Source of the DNA: Patescibacteria group bacterium
GTDB taxonomy: Bacteria; Patescibacteriota; Minisyncoccia; Minisyncoccales; Staskawiczbacteraceae
NCBI GenBank assembly: GCA_022703425.1
Contig: JAKLDQ010000001.1
Span: 36,243 to 100,242 of the forward strand
Reading direction: 5' to 3'
Length of the DNA: 64,000 nt
Below are positions 9,720-19,978 of this stretch, piece by piece. Positions within the stretch are counted from its first letter, which is position 1. Each line of letters starts with the position of its first letter. The position numbers and the translations under genes were made by a program. A model generated the notes under the pieces. It searched no databases and was not told where the DNA came from. It saw only the letters and a program-made list of their open reading frames with translations.

Positions 9720-12041
9720 ATGGCAAAAAATTTATCTCTGGCGATAAAAATCTGCGACAAAGCAGCAAAATTCAGCGTTTACGCCCTTGCGTTCTTTCTG
9801 CCTCTGGCAGTTCTCCCCGTTACGGCAGATCCGGTTGATTTTAACAAGCAGGCGGTTCTGCTTTTACTGGCTTTTATCGGCCTTTCTGCAACCGTGGTAA
9901 AAGCCCTGATTTCGGGCAAGCTGGATTTAAATTTAAACAAAACATATATTCCCGTTTTGCTGGTTGTGCTGGCGTACGGGCTCTCAACGATTCTTTCGCT
10001 TGATAACAACTCGAGCTTTTGGGGATTTACGAAAAACAGTTCTGAAAGTTTGTTAACGGTTTTTTGCCTTGCGGTGATTTACTTTTTAATTTCAGTTTTC
10101 GGAAAAGAAGAAACTTTTAATCTTCTGAAAACTTTTATTGCGTCCTGCGCAGTTGCGGTTTTTGCCGGATTCATCCAGCTTTCGGGAATTCCATTTTTAA
10201 ATATTTCAAAAATTTTCAGCTTCAATACGATTGGTCTTGTTTCCAGCCTTGGAATTTTTGTCGCCATAGCCATTCCCTTGCTGACAGCGCTCTCTATGGC
10301 GGACAAAAGCTGGATAAGGTGGCTTGCCTTAGCGGCGCTGATTTTCTCTGCTGTATTGCTGGTGATAATCAATTTCCAGCTTGCATGGTGGCTTGTTCTT
10401 GCCGGATCTGTTTTTTTTGTTTTATTTTCCATGCTGAAAAAGGACTTGTTCGATTTAAGATGGCTGAGCATCCCGACCTTTTTTCTTGTTGTGGCATTGT
10501 TTTTTATTTTAATAAAACCGCAGATAGCATTATTCAGCAGGCCAACAGAAGTGATTCTTGGCCAGACGTCCGGCCTTGAGGTTGCGCTTAAAACTCTCTC
10601 AAAATTTCCTGTAACAGGTTCCGGTCCGGGCACATTTGTTTATGATTTTTCGAAGTACAAAAATGCCGACTTCGGCAAGGGTCCGCTTTGGAACCTGAGG
10701 TTTGATTCAGCCGGGTCAAAATTCTTGACTGTTGCGGCAACCACGGGCGCGATCGGAATAATTGCGTTTATTTCCCTGATATTAACTGTTCTTTTTTATA
10801 TCTTCAGATATCTGGCTTCCAAACACAGCGAAGTTGATGAAAGCGAAAACGGGGAGTGGATTTTGGGCGGATCTGCGATTGTTTCCATTTTGCTGATTGT
10901 GCTTGCTTATTTTCTGGGAAATTCAAATTTGGCTTTGGATTTTGCATTTTTTCTGCTTATTGCTGTGTTTATCGCGCTTGTTTCAAAAAACAAAAAAGAA
11001 TACACGCTTTCGCCTTCTTCGCTTCTAACCCTGGGCGTCACATTTTTATCGACCTTATTTTTGATTTTCGGTCTGGGGATAGTTATTCTATATGGCCAGC
11101 GTTACTATGCCGAAACAAGATATTTATCCGGTATTAAAGAGCTTTCGGCCGGAAATTTGGACGCGGGGATAAAATTGCTAGAAAAATCTGTAACGTTAAA
11201 TCCGAAGCAAGACTCGTATCTGCTGGAGTTGTCTCAAGCATATCTTGTTAAAGCCACGCAGCAGGCAAACAAAGAAAGCTTGTCGGATTCTGAAAAAAGA
11301 AATATTGAACTTCTCGTGAACAACGCAATAAACGGAACGAAAATCGCCACGGATATAAGTCCAAATAGTGCGGGCAATTGGTCTGTGCGCGGATATGTTT
11401 ATCAGAATATCATCGGGCTTGTGCAGAGCGCCGAGGATTGGGCAATGACATCTTATGATAAGGCAATTGAGCTTGAGCCAGCAAATCCGTACTACTATAC
11501 GCAACAGGGATCCGTTTTGGCGAGCAAAGCACTTTTGCCCGCAAACGCTACTTCAAAAAACAAAATTCTGGAAGAAGCAATTGTAAAACTTAACGAGGCG
11601 ATAAAAATAAAATCAGATTATAGTCCGGCAAGATTCCAGCTGGCAATGGTTTATCAGGCGCAGGGGAAAATTAACGAGGAGATAAGCGCTCTGTCTGAAG
11701 CCATTAAAGAATCGCCAAACGATCCGGGTTTGTATTATCAATTAGGGATTGTATATTTTCAAACAGGAAGATACCAGAACGCAAAAACTCAGCTTGAGAA
11801 AGCAGTAAGCTTGAATTCTGAATATGCGAATGCGCTGTATTCGCTTGCTCTTACATATGAAAAACTTGGGCAAAAAGAAAAGTCTCTTGAAACCATGGAA
11901 AAAGTCGCAAGCATTTATCCAAATAATGCTCAGGTAAAAAAAGTTTTGGAGAATATCAGAAGCGGGCAAAGTGCGCTTTCCGGAATAGGGGAAACGTCGC
12001 CAGGGCCGGTCCAGGAAGCCCCTCCAGAAGTTAAAAAATAG
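9720..12041 (+). CDS. O-antigen ligase/polymerase-like (Wzy/WaaL) polytopic membrane protein with C-terminal TPR repeats
   Basis: ~12 TM helices over the first 420 aa; C-terminal TPR-like repeats (AxxYxxxG spacing). Confidence 0.6.
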   Translation: MAKNLSLAIKICDKAAKFSVYALAFFLPLAVLPVTADPVDFNKQAVLLLLAFIGLSATVVKALISGKLDLNLNKTYIPVLLVVLAYGLSTILSLDNNSSFWGFTKNSSESLLTVFCLAVIYFLISVFGKEETFNLLKTFIASCAVAVFAGFIQLSGIPFLNISKIFSFNTIGLVSSLGIFVAIAIPLLTALSMADKSWIRWLALAALIFSAVLLVIINFQLAWWLVLAGSVFFVLFSMLKKDLFDLRWLSIPTFFLVVALFFILIKPQIALFSRPTEVILGQTSGLEVALKTLSKFPVTGSGPGTFVYDFSKYKNADFGKGPLWNLRFDSAGSKFLTVAATTGAIGIIAFISLILTVLFYIFRYLASKHSEVDESENGEWILGGSAIVSILLIVLAYFLGNSNLALDFAFFLLIAVFIALVSKNKKEYTLSPSSLLTLGVTFLSTLFLIFGLGIVILYGQRYYAETRYLSGIKELSAGNLDAGIKLLEKSVTLNPKQDSYLLELSQAYLVKATQQANKESLSDSEKRNIELLVNNAINGTKIATDISPNSAGNWSVRGYVYQNIIGLVQSAEDWAMTSYDKAIELEPANPYYYTQQGSVLASKALLPANATSKNKILEEAIVKLNEAIKIKSDYSPARFQLAMVYQAQGKINEEISALSEAIKESPNDPGLYYQLGIVYFQTGRYQNAKTQLEKAVSLNSEYANALYSLALTYEKLGQKEKSLETMEKVASIYPNNAQVKKVLENIRSGQSALSGIGETSPGPVQEAPPEVKK

Positions 12042-12049
12042 AACTAAAA

Positions 12050-12082
12050 AACCGCCTGCGATACGCAGCGCGGTTTTTTAGT
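12050..12082 (+). terminator. rho-independent terminator
   Basis: ACCGCCTGCG...CGCAGCGCGGT hairpin followed by TTTTTT. Confidence 0.5.
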
Positions 12083-12149
12083 TATCCACATTGTTGACAA
12101 GTGCTTTTGATGTTAAAATTAGGTAATATTTTTACCGTATTTGTTCGGG

Positions 12150-14474
12150 ATGGAGCAAATCAAAATTAGATACGTTAAAAGCGAGCCGAAACGAAAGCCG
12201 AGTTCTTCGGTTGTAAAGTTTTTGTTTCCAAAAAATGCGGTTCTCTGCATACTAAGTACGCTAGTTATTGCCGGTTTGTTTTGCTCTGCAGTTTATGTTT
12301 TTGCCGTTCCGCCTGACAGCAAATATGATGCGGGCGCAACGCTTGATCCCGCTTGCACTGTCGGATCTGCAAATTGCAGTGTTGTTGCTCCTGCCGCCTA
12401 TTCGTTTGGTGCAAATAATTTTTCTGGTTCGGGGGGATTTACATCAACTGCCGGTACGGGAACCTTTGCACAAATAATCGATAATGGGCTGACAGCATCG
12501 AAGGTTGTTTTTACCGATTCTAACAAACAGCTTACATCAACTGGTACGCTTGGTCTTGATCAAGGCGGAACAGCTGCCAGTCTGACAGCATCAACGGGTG
12601 GAATTGTTTACTCCGGAGCATCTGCTTTGGCGATTTTATCAGGAACCCCAACTGCTAACAAGGTGTTGTTGTCTGGAGCTTCGGCTGCGCCAGCATGGTC
12701 TACTGCAACTTATCCTTCAACTGCCTCGGGAACAGGAACAATTCTGCGCGCAGACGGAACAAACTGGACAGCAACAACGGCAACTTATCCAACAACAACA
12801 ACCGCGAATCAAATTTTGTATTCCACGGCGCTTAATACAATCGGCGGGAGCGCCGGTTTGACCTTTGACGGAAATACTTTGAGTTTAACAACAACTGCAT
12901 CCGTTCCGAATGAAAAACTTATTTACGACGGATCAAATTATTCTACATTATCTTCTGACAGCATCGGAAATTTGAATGTAAATGTTTACACCGGCGGAAG
13001 CGGAGGCGATATTATTTTTACGCCGGGAACAGCCGGAAACCCCGGAGTTTATTCTGATTCGGGCACACTGATATTGGGAAGCAGCAAGCCTTCGTCATAC
13101 AAAGAAAATCTAAGCTTTGATTTTGAGGGGACCGAAAACACAGTCGCAATAGGATCCGGATCGGGCGTAACAAATCTTACATGGTCTGGAAATTTAACAA
13201 TGGGCGGAGGCACAACCGGAACATTGGTAACCAGAGTTTCGAGCGGCGCTCCGACAGAATCAGATTCCAACGGATCTATCGTTATTAACTCGGGTTCGAG
13301 TCCGGGAATTTATTACAGATATGGAGGTGCCTGGCATTATGCCGGAAACACTGCCGGTTTTCAGATTCCAAGTTATGAAACTTCAGATCCAATTTCCGGA
13401 GAAAAAATAAAAACAGGCGATATCGTCTTGGGAATGATCAATGAAGAATATGAAGATGACGCCCTTCACGGAATCTGGGTAAAATGGGAGAGCGTTAAAA
13501 AACAGCTTTTGGCTGAGGCAAGAGGAGAATTATCAAGCGCCGGAAGCTATGGAACAGGAACGATTTCAGAGGTTGACACAACGCCATTTTTAACAAAAAT
13601 TACAAATTCACTTGTGTCACTTGGCATCTCTTTTGTTGACGGAGTAGTGCATATTAAAGATTTGGCAGTTGAAAGATCAACAACAGATATTGCACGGATT
13701 AAGAAAATAGAAATGATTGACCAGGATACAGGCGAAATTTATTGTACATGGATAAGAAACGGGGAATGGGTCAAAGTGAACGGAGAATGCAGTTCTATTT
13801 CGGCTACAGTAGCCGCATCAAAGCCGGCAGAACAGATGGAGGGGTCAGTCCAACAAGCAGTTGCGCAGGTACAGGAAGCTGTTGAACAGGCGCAGGAAGC
13901 AACAAAGGAAGCACAGGAAGCGACAATTCAAGCGCAGGAAGCTGCTGTTGCGGCAGAAGAAGCGATTGAACAACCAGTAGAATCTTCGGAAGAACCTGCA
14001 GAACCGATCGAACAGCCAGCTGAATCAGAAGAAAACGCCAGCGAAGAACAAAATGCGGAGGAAACGGTGCAGGAAACAACTGAAGATGCTCAAGAGGAAT
14101 CAGAGCAGGAAACGCCAAGCGCTGGCGAAATCATTCAGGAGTCTGCAGCCGGATTTATGAATTCGGTATGGAACTCGACAAAAGGCGCAATTACAATGGA
14201 CTTCTCGTTTATAACACCTGTTTCAAAACTTGCTGCATCGGCTGCAACAAGTCTTTCTAATTTTTCTTCCGATGTGATAAGAGCTTCTGTTGAATTTATT
14301 AAATTTATTTTCAGCGACGGGATCGATGCCGTTTCATCTGCCGGAATTATTCAGAGTTCCAGCGCAGGATTATCAAAAGTTGTTAATAACATCAAGCAAA
14401 ACTCTCTGGTTAAGGAATTTAATTATTTGATAAACGGATTGCTCGAGCCCATAAATAATTTATTAGGCAGATAG
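12150..14474 (+). CDS. large secreted/surface protein: Gly/Thr/Ser-rich fibre-like N-terminal half, acidic AQEA coiled-coil segment
   Basis: signal-anchor; repeated GTxxxxT blocks; AQEAVEQAQEATKEAQEATIQAQEA; start moved to MEQIKI by analogy with the next gene. Confidence 0.55.
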   Translation: MEQIKIRYVKSEPKRKPSSSVVKFLFPKNAVLCILSTLVIAGLFCSAVYVFAVPPDSKYDAGATLDPACTVGSANCSVVAPAAYSFGANNFSGSGGFTSTAGTGTFAQIIDNGLTASKVVFTDSNKQLTSTGTLGLDQGGTAASLTASTGGIVYSGASALAILSGTPTANKVLLSGASAAPAWSTATYPSTASGTGTILRADGTNWTATTATYPTTTTANQILYSTALNTIGGSAGLTFDGNTLSLTTTASVPNEKLIYDGSNYSTLSSDSIGNLNVNVYTGGSGGDIIFTPGTAGNPGVYSDSGTLILGSSKPSSYKENLSFDFEGTENTVAIGSGSGVTNLTWSGNLTMGGGTTGTLVTRVSSGAPTESDSNGSIVINSGSSPGIYYRYGGAWHYAGNTAGFQIPSYETSDPISGEKIKTGDIVLGMINEEYEDDALHGIWVKWESVKKQLLAEARGELSSAGSYGTGTISEVDTTPFLTKITNSLVSLGISFVDGVVHIKDLAVERSTTDIARIKKIEMIDQDTGEIYCTWIRNGEWVKVNGECSSISATVAASKPAEQMEGSVQQAVAQVQEAVEQAQEATKEAQEATIQAQEAAVAAEEAIEQPVESSEEPAEPIEQPAESEENASEEQNAEETVQETTEDAQEESEQETPSAGEIIQESAAGFMNSVWNSTKGAITMDFSFITPVSKLAASAATSLSNFSSDVIRASVEFIKFIFSDGIDAVSSAGIIQSSSAGLSKVVNNIKQNSLVKEFNYLINGLLEPINNLLGR

Positions 14475-14493
14475 CTTTTCGTTTGTTTTCGGA

Positions 14494-15702
14494 ATGGAGG
14501 CAAACAAAATAAAAACCCTTTTAGTAAAGTGTAAATACATTCTCTTTCTTCTGTTCTTTTTTGGAACAGCTTTGTTTTGTTTAGATGTTCGTGCAGACAC
14601 TCTGACCGTTTATCCGGATGCAAGCACTGGAGGAACAACCGTGGATGGTGATGTTGGTGAGCAGTCTCTTGCTGGAACTACGTGGCCATCCATAACGGGT
14701 GCGGCAGGCGACCAGCATTCCGACACTTCTGCCTTAATTAGGACTTATTATCAGTATGCTGATTCCGGAGAGCCCGATTTTTCACTTCTTTATAGAGGTA
14801 TTTTACTTTTTGACACTTCCTCTCTTGGATCAGATGCTACGGTTTCGTCGGCAACGGTATCCTTGTTTGGACAGGCAAAATATAATCAGTCATCCTCTGA
14901 GGGTAGCGGGCACCCGGATTCTACAAGTATTAATGTCTATACATCGACTCCTGCTTCAGACAACGATTTGGCGAATGCCGACTATGCGCAGATTGGTACA
15001 ACAGCCCAGGCGACTGCAATAGAATATTCCAGTTTTTCTGCATCTGGATATAACAATTTTACTTTGAATGCGACTGGATTAAGTAATATATCAAAAACAG
15101 GCATAACAAAATTTGGAACCAGAGAGGCGAGTTATGATGTGACCGGCACCACTCCTCCGTGTGCGGGATTTTGCACGACTGAAGTGGAAGGATATATTTT
15201 TTACTCCGCAGACCAGGCAGGCACAGACAATGATCCGAAATTGGTTATCAATTATACTCCGGCAGTTTCCAACACCACCCCCACAGCTTCGTCTGTCACA
15301 GTATCTCCGAAATCAAACAAAGTCGGATACGACTTCACATTCACAGGAACATGGACCGAGTCAGACGCAGGAGACAATGTCAAAATGTACATATGCAAAG
15401 ATTCCTCTTGTACAAACTGCGATAACACATCCCAGACCAACTGCTGGTGCTATTCTGACGACAATGTAACCCAGCCGACAGTCACAGACACATGCACATA
15501 TACAGCCCAATCATCAGACATTGGCAACCGCAATTTCTACATGAAAGTCTGTGATGACGAACCATCGTGCAGTGTATCAATCTTCGGGGGATCATTTCTT
15601 GTCGGTCCTGCAACGAGCACCCCCTTGAGATTTAAAGGGGGAGTTGTTCTTAGAATTAAAAACGGTTTTGATTCAAAAAGCATTAGAATAAGGTGTTTAT
15701 GA
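14494..15702 (+). CDS. secreted Cys-rich protein, paralog A
   Basis: signal peptide; TLTVYPDASTGGTTVDGDV shared with paralog B; identical C-terminal 144 aa. Confidence 0.6.
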   Translation: MEANKIKTLLVKCKYILFLLFFFGTALFCLDVRADTLTVYPDASTGGTTVDGDVGEQSLAGTTWPSITGAAGDQHSDTSALIRTYYQYADSGEPDFSLLYRGILLFDTSSLGSDATVSSATVSLFGQAKYNQSSSEGSGHPDSTSINVYTSTPASDNDLANADYAQIGTTAQATAIEYSSFSASGYNNFTLNATGLSNISKTGITKFGTREASYDVTGTTPPCAGFCTTEVEGYIFYSADQAGTDNDPKLVINYTPAVSNTTPTASSVTVSPKSNKVGYDFTFTGTWTESDAGDNVKMYICKDSSCTNCDNTSQTNCWCYSDDNVTQPTVTDTCTYTAQSSDIGNRNFYMKVCDDEPSCSVSIFGGSFLVGPATSTPLRFKGGVVLRIKNGFDSKSIRIRCL

Positions 15703-15703
15703 T
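15271..15703 (+). repeat. 433-bp direct repeat, copy 1 (3' end of paralog A)
   Basis: nucleotide-identical to 16909-17341 by inspection. Confidence 0.8.
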
Positions 15704-16169
15704 ATTTACAAGAAAAAAAATATTTTGGGCGGTTTCTATTTTATTGATTGTTTTTGGAGCGTGCGGACTTGCATATACGGCGTACATCTTTAAAAGGCCT
15801 TCGCTGGCAGAGCAGATAAAAAACATGACTCCGGAGGAAAGAAATCTGGCAAAAATTGCAGCTTTTACAAAAATAAGAACTCCCGTCAAATATGCCTATG
15901 AAGGAATTGATATTAAGATTACCAGCTTAAGTATGGAAAACAGTCTTTTAAAAGTAATGGTTTCTGCGCAAAAAAATGGAAAAGAAATTAAATTGGATTT
16001 GCCTTTTTATTACCAAAATCCGCCGATACTCGTAAGTATTGGAACAAAAAGAACTGCAGTCGAATACGGCGAGGAGGTTGAGCTAAACAACTACCGAGAA
16101 GATATTCCTGAAGCACTCAGAAGGATTGTGGGAGAAACGGTTAAGTTGCAATCAGAGAATGCAAAATAA
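15693..16169 (+). CDS. hypothetical membrane-anchored protein
   Basis: N-terminal TM; overlaps both neighbours. Confidence 0.5.
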   Translation: MFMIFTRKKIFWAVSILLIVFGACGLAYTAYIFKRPSLAEQIKNMTPEERNLAKIAAFTKIRTPVKYAYEGIDIKITSLSMENSLLKVMVSAQKNGKEIKLDLPFYYQNPPILVSIGTKRTAVEYGEEVELNNYREDIPEALRRIVGETVKLQSENAK

Positions 16170-17340
16170 ATTTTTAAAAATATTTTTAATTTCTTTGCTG
16201 TTTGCTTTATCTGCTGACTTTGCTTTTGGTGCGACTTTGACTGTATATCCGGATGCAAGCACTGGAGGGACAACAGTTGACGGGGATGTGGCCGAAACGG
16301 GAACTCCGCAATGGTGCCAAGCAAGGTATCCTGGATCAGGAGATACACACACAGATACTGCAACGACTATTAGAACATATCACACAATTGATGAGACAGA
16401 AGGAGTGACTGGAACGTATCGCGGAATACTTCTTTTTGACACATCAGATCTTACAAGTGGCGCAACAATATCGGCAGCTGTTCTTTCTGTTTATGTCGTC
16501 TCAGAGTCTCACGTTCCAGGATTTTCGTCCGCTTTTAATGTCTTTTCCGCAACTCCTGAATCAGACGACGATTTAGTCAACGAAGATTATGCAGCCGTCG
16601 GGAGTACAGTTTTATCTGACACATGGAAGGCATCAACTACATTTGCGCCGTTAAATTGGGAAGCATACACAGCCAGCGCATATAATGATTTTACGTTGAA
16701 TGCTTCTGGGATCAGCAACATATCTAAAACTGGAATTTCAAAGTTTTCAACAAGAGAGTGGTTTGAGGCTCAAAACACACAAGATGAGTGCTGTGACGTG
16801 GGCGGTTGCTTTGATTCCACAAATCCTACCGGTTACACCTACTACTCCGCTGACCAAACAGGCACAGACAACGATCCAAAGCTCGTTATCACATATACTC
16901 CGGCCGCAAACACCACCCCCACAGCTTCGTCTGTCACAGTATCTCCGAAATCAAACAAAGTCGGATACGACTTCACATTCACAGGAACATGGACCGAGTC
17001 AGACGCAGGAGACAATGTCAAAATGTACATATGCAAAGATTCCTCTTGTACAAACTGCGATAACACATCCCAGACCAACTGCTGGTGCTATTCTGACGAC
17101 AATGTAACCCAGCCGACAGTCACAGACACATGCACATATACAGCCCAATCATCAGACATTGGCAACCGCAATTTCTACATGAAAGTCTGTGATGACGAAC
17201 CATCGTGCAGTGTATCAATCTTCGGGGGATCATTTCTTGTCGGTCCTGCAACGAGCACCCCCTTGAGATTTAAAGGGGGAGTTGTTCTTAGAATTAAAAA
17301 CGGTTTTGATTCAAAAAGCATTAGAATAAGGTGTTTATGA
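16159..17340 (+). CDS. secreted Cys-rich protein, paralog B (start trimmed to MQNKF)
   Basis: signal peptide; same N-terminal motif and identical C-terminus as paralog A. Confidence 0.6.
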   Translation: MQNKFLKIFLISLLFALSADFAFGATLTVYPDASTGGTTVDGDVAETGTPQWCQARYPGSGDTHTDTATTIRTYHTIDETEGVTGTYRGILLFDTSDLTSGATISAAVLSVYVVSESHVPGFSSAFNVFSATPESDDDLVNEDYAAVGSTVLSDTWKASTTFAPLNWEAYTASAYNDFTLNASGISNISKTGISKFSTREWFEAQNTQDECCDVGGCFDSTNPTGYTYYSADQTGTDNDPKLVITYTPAANTTPTASSVTVSPKSNKVGYDFTFTGTWTESDAGDNVKMYICKDSSCTNCDNTSQTNCWCYSDDNVTQPTVTDTCTYTAQSSDIGNRNFYMKVCDDEPSCSVSIFGGSFLVGPATSTPLRFKGGVVLRIKNGFDSKSIRIRCL

Positions 17341-17341
17341 T
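16909..17341 (+). repeat. 433-bp direct repeat, copy 2 (3' end of paralog B)
   Basis: identical to 15271-15703. Confidence 0.8.
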
Positions 17342-17395
17342 TATCCACTGTTTTACGGATAAGAAATTTTATATAATAGGAAAATTATTCATCCG

Positions 17396-19975
17396 ATGAG
17401 AAAGAGCATAAAAATTTTTTTGTTATTTGCTGGAATTCTATTTCCCGTTTTTGTTTTTGGTGCAGACGGAACGATCGATTCAACAAACAAATATGCCTGG
17501 TCTGATAATATGGGATGGATTAATTTTAATCCCACAAATGGAAATGTTGTGGTTTCTGACACCGAAATCACCGGATATGCGTGGAATGACAATTATGGAT
17601 GGATTAATCTTTCCCCGACAAACAGCGGAATCTCAAATTCTTCGGGAACCCTTTCAGGATATGCTTGGGGGGAAGGCGTTGGCTGGATAAATTTTTCGGG
17701 GGTGACAATTAATTGCGACGGAGAATTTTCGGGAACAGCAACGGGGGATGTCGCCGGCAATATAAGTTTTGACTGTACAAATTGCAGTGTAACCACAGAT
17801 TGGAGGGCGGCTTCGTGCGGAGGCACTGTTTGCGGAAACGCAAGCTGCGAAAGTGGAGAAAGCTGTTCCACTTGCCCAGCTGACTGCGGAACATGCCCGG
17901 CAGTCTGCGGAAATGATTCATGCGAATCAGGAGAGACATGCGCGAGTTGCCAGGCAGATTGCGGATTATGTCCGTGGAATCCCGTTTTCCATCGCGAGTG
18001 CAATACTGATCTTCAGTGTATTTCTGTAATCGGGCCCGGAGCAAATCAATGCGAAACGAATACAAATTGCACTTCGCACAGAGAATGCAATACGCAACGA
18101 CAGTGCGTGTCCGTTGAAACTCCCGGTCCTGATTTATGCTATACGGAGTCTGATTGCAGTAATTCCCACAACGAATGCAGCGGAGCGCAAATTGTCTGCT
18201 ACCCGGATATTTGTTTTGGAGAACAATGTGTTTCAGTTTTGGGCTTTGGAACCAACCAATGCCAGGTTGATTCGGATTGCGAATCTATTAGGCATAATGT
18301 TTGCAACGAGCAAAAACAATGTGTCTCGGTGGACGGTGAAGGACAAAATATGTGCCAGACTAACAATGATTGCCAGACACATAATGAATGCAATCTTTCT
18401 TTCCAGTGCATACAGGTCACAGGTGTCGGCTCTAATTTATGCCAGACAGATCAGGACTGCAGAACCGCAACTCACAGCGAATGCAATGTAGAAAAAAAAT
18501 GTGTGCAGGTAAATGGAGAAGACGTTGACCAATGCGATAGCGACGAAGACTGTCAGGAGGAGATCGAACAGCACAGCGAATGCAATAGCGAAAAAAAATG
18601 TGTTTTGGTTGAGGGCGCTGGTCCCGATTTCTGTGTGATAGACGGTGACTGCCAAAGAACGCACCTTGAATGTAATGCACAAAAACAGTGCGTATCTGTT
18701 ACCGGCGTTGGGATTGACCAGTGTGTGCAAGATTCAGACTGTAGCCGGGGAAGGCATAATATATGCAATGTCGAGCGCCAGTGTGTCCCCACTGATGGTG
18801 AAGGGGATGATGAATGTCAGACAAACAGAGATTGCAGTTCGGGAACAACCGGTGCTCTACACTCAGAATGCAAAAATTGGAAATGTATTTACGTTGAGGG
18901 TGGCGGAGAAAACGAATGTAATTCTGACAATGAGTGCAAACCTGATATAATAGAAATAATAACGGAGCCCTTCGAAGAAATTCCGGAATTTATTGGGACA
19001 GTAATTGAAGAAACAAAAAAAATTATTGAAACTCCGGCGGGGTATTATGCGACAAAAGCTCTTTCAACTTTCGGACTTGTAGCTGTTGGCGCGAGTATGG
19101 CGTTTTCATTTTCTTTTTTTGAAATTTTTCTTGTGCCCCTGCGCCTGATAAGCCTGCTCCTTACCGCGTTTGGAATTAAAAAGAGGTCTGTGCCATGGGG
19201 AACAGTTTACGATTCTATTACAAAACAACCGCTGGATCCTGCATATGTAACTCTTATAGATCAAAACGGAAAAAAAATAGCGTCGGCAATCACAGATTTG
19301 GACGGGCGTTATGGTTTTTTGACAGAGACCGGAACATACAGAATCGAGGCAAATAAAACTCATTACATTTTCCCTTCAAAGAAACTTGCCGGCAGAACGC
19401 AGGACGAACTTTATGCGAATCTGTATTTTGGCGAATTGTTTGATGTAAGGAGCAGAAATGAAGCTGTAATAAGGAACATTCCTTTAGATCCGATAAATTT
19501 TGACTGGAACGAATTTGCAAAAAGGGACAAAAAACTAATGAAATATTATTCAAAATGGGATTCCGCGCTAAGGGAGGTTTCGGACATATTCTTTGTAATA
19601 GGGTTTATTGTCGCCCTCGTTGCATTTTTCTTTGCGCCTTATCCTTACAACACGATTATAATCATTTTATATTTTATATTCCTTCTTTTAAGGATTTTTG
19701 GCATAAAGCCAAGGCCGTTTGGAATCGTTTCTGAACAGGCGAGCGGAGGCCCTCTTTCTTACGGAATAATCAGGATATTTATGGCTGGAACAGATCGCCA
19801 GATTGCGTGGAGAGTTTTAGACAAATTCGGCAGATATTATTGTCTAGTTTCGCCTGGCGGATACAATGTACGAATTGAAAGGAAAAATAGCGACGGATCT
19901 TATTCCGAGGTTTACAGGTCTTCTTTAATAAGCGTTGGTAAAGACGGAATTATTAAAAAGAAATTCCAAATTTAA
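17396..19975 (+). CDS. 859-aa membrane protein: signal peptide, three GYAW...GWINF repeats, two CxxxCESGExCxxCxADCGxC modules, thirteen ~31-aa four-Cys modules (H-x-E-C-N-x4-Q-C-x10-C-x5-C), TM segments, two carboxypeptidase-regulatory-like domains
   Basis: repeats read directly from the translation; hydrophobic segments at ~560-600 and ~740-780. Confidence 0.65.
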   Translation: MRKSIKIFLLFAGILFPVFVFGADGTIDSTNKYAWSDNMGWINFNPTNGNVVVSDTEITGYAWNDNYGWINLSPTNSGISNSSGTLSGYAWGEGVGWINFSGVTINCDGEFSGTATGDVAGNISFDCTNCSVTTDWRAASCGGTVCGNASCESGESCSTCPADCGTCPAVCGNDSCESGETCASCQADCGLCPWNPVFHRECNTDLQCISVIGPGANQCETNTNCTSHRECNTQRQCVSVETPGPDLCYTESDCSNSHNECSGAQIVCYPDICFGEQCVSVLGFGTNQCQVDSDCESIRHNVCNEQKQCVSVDGEGQNMCQTNNDCQTHNECNLSFQCIQVTGVGSNLCQTDQDCRTATHSECNVEKKCVQVNGEDVDQCDSDEDCQEEIEQHSECNSEKKCVLVEGAGPDFCVIDGDCQRTHLECNAQKQCVSVTGVGIDQCVQDSDCSRGRHNICNVERQCVPTDGEGDDECQTNRDCSSGTTGALHSECKNWKCIYVEGGGENECNSDNECKPDIIEIITEPFEEIPEFIGTVIEETKKIIETPAGYYATKALSTFGLVAVGASMAFSFSFFEIFLVPLRLISLLLTAFGIKKRSVPWGTVYDSITKQPLDPAYVTLIDQNGKKIASAITDLDGRYGFLTETGTYRIEANKTHYIFPSKKLAGRTQDELYANLYFGELFDVRSRNEAVIRNIPLDPINFDWNEFAKRDKKLMKYYSKWDSALREVSDIFFVIGFIVALVAFFFAPYPYNTIIIILYFIFLLLRIFGIKPRPFGIVSEQASGGPLSYGIIRIFMAGTDRQIAWRVLDKFGRYYCLVSPGGYNVRIERKNSDGSYSEVYRSSLISVGKDGIIKKKFQI

Positions 19976-19978
19976 ATT

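Noticed and set aside
15161-17107. Alternative-frame ORFs 15161-15469, 15252-15440(-), 16700-17107 and 16842-17078(-)
   Set aside because: They are duplicated only because they lie inside the 433-bp repeat, and they overlap the far more plausible secreted-protein frame.
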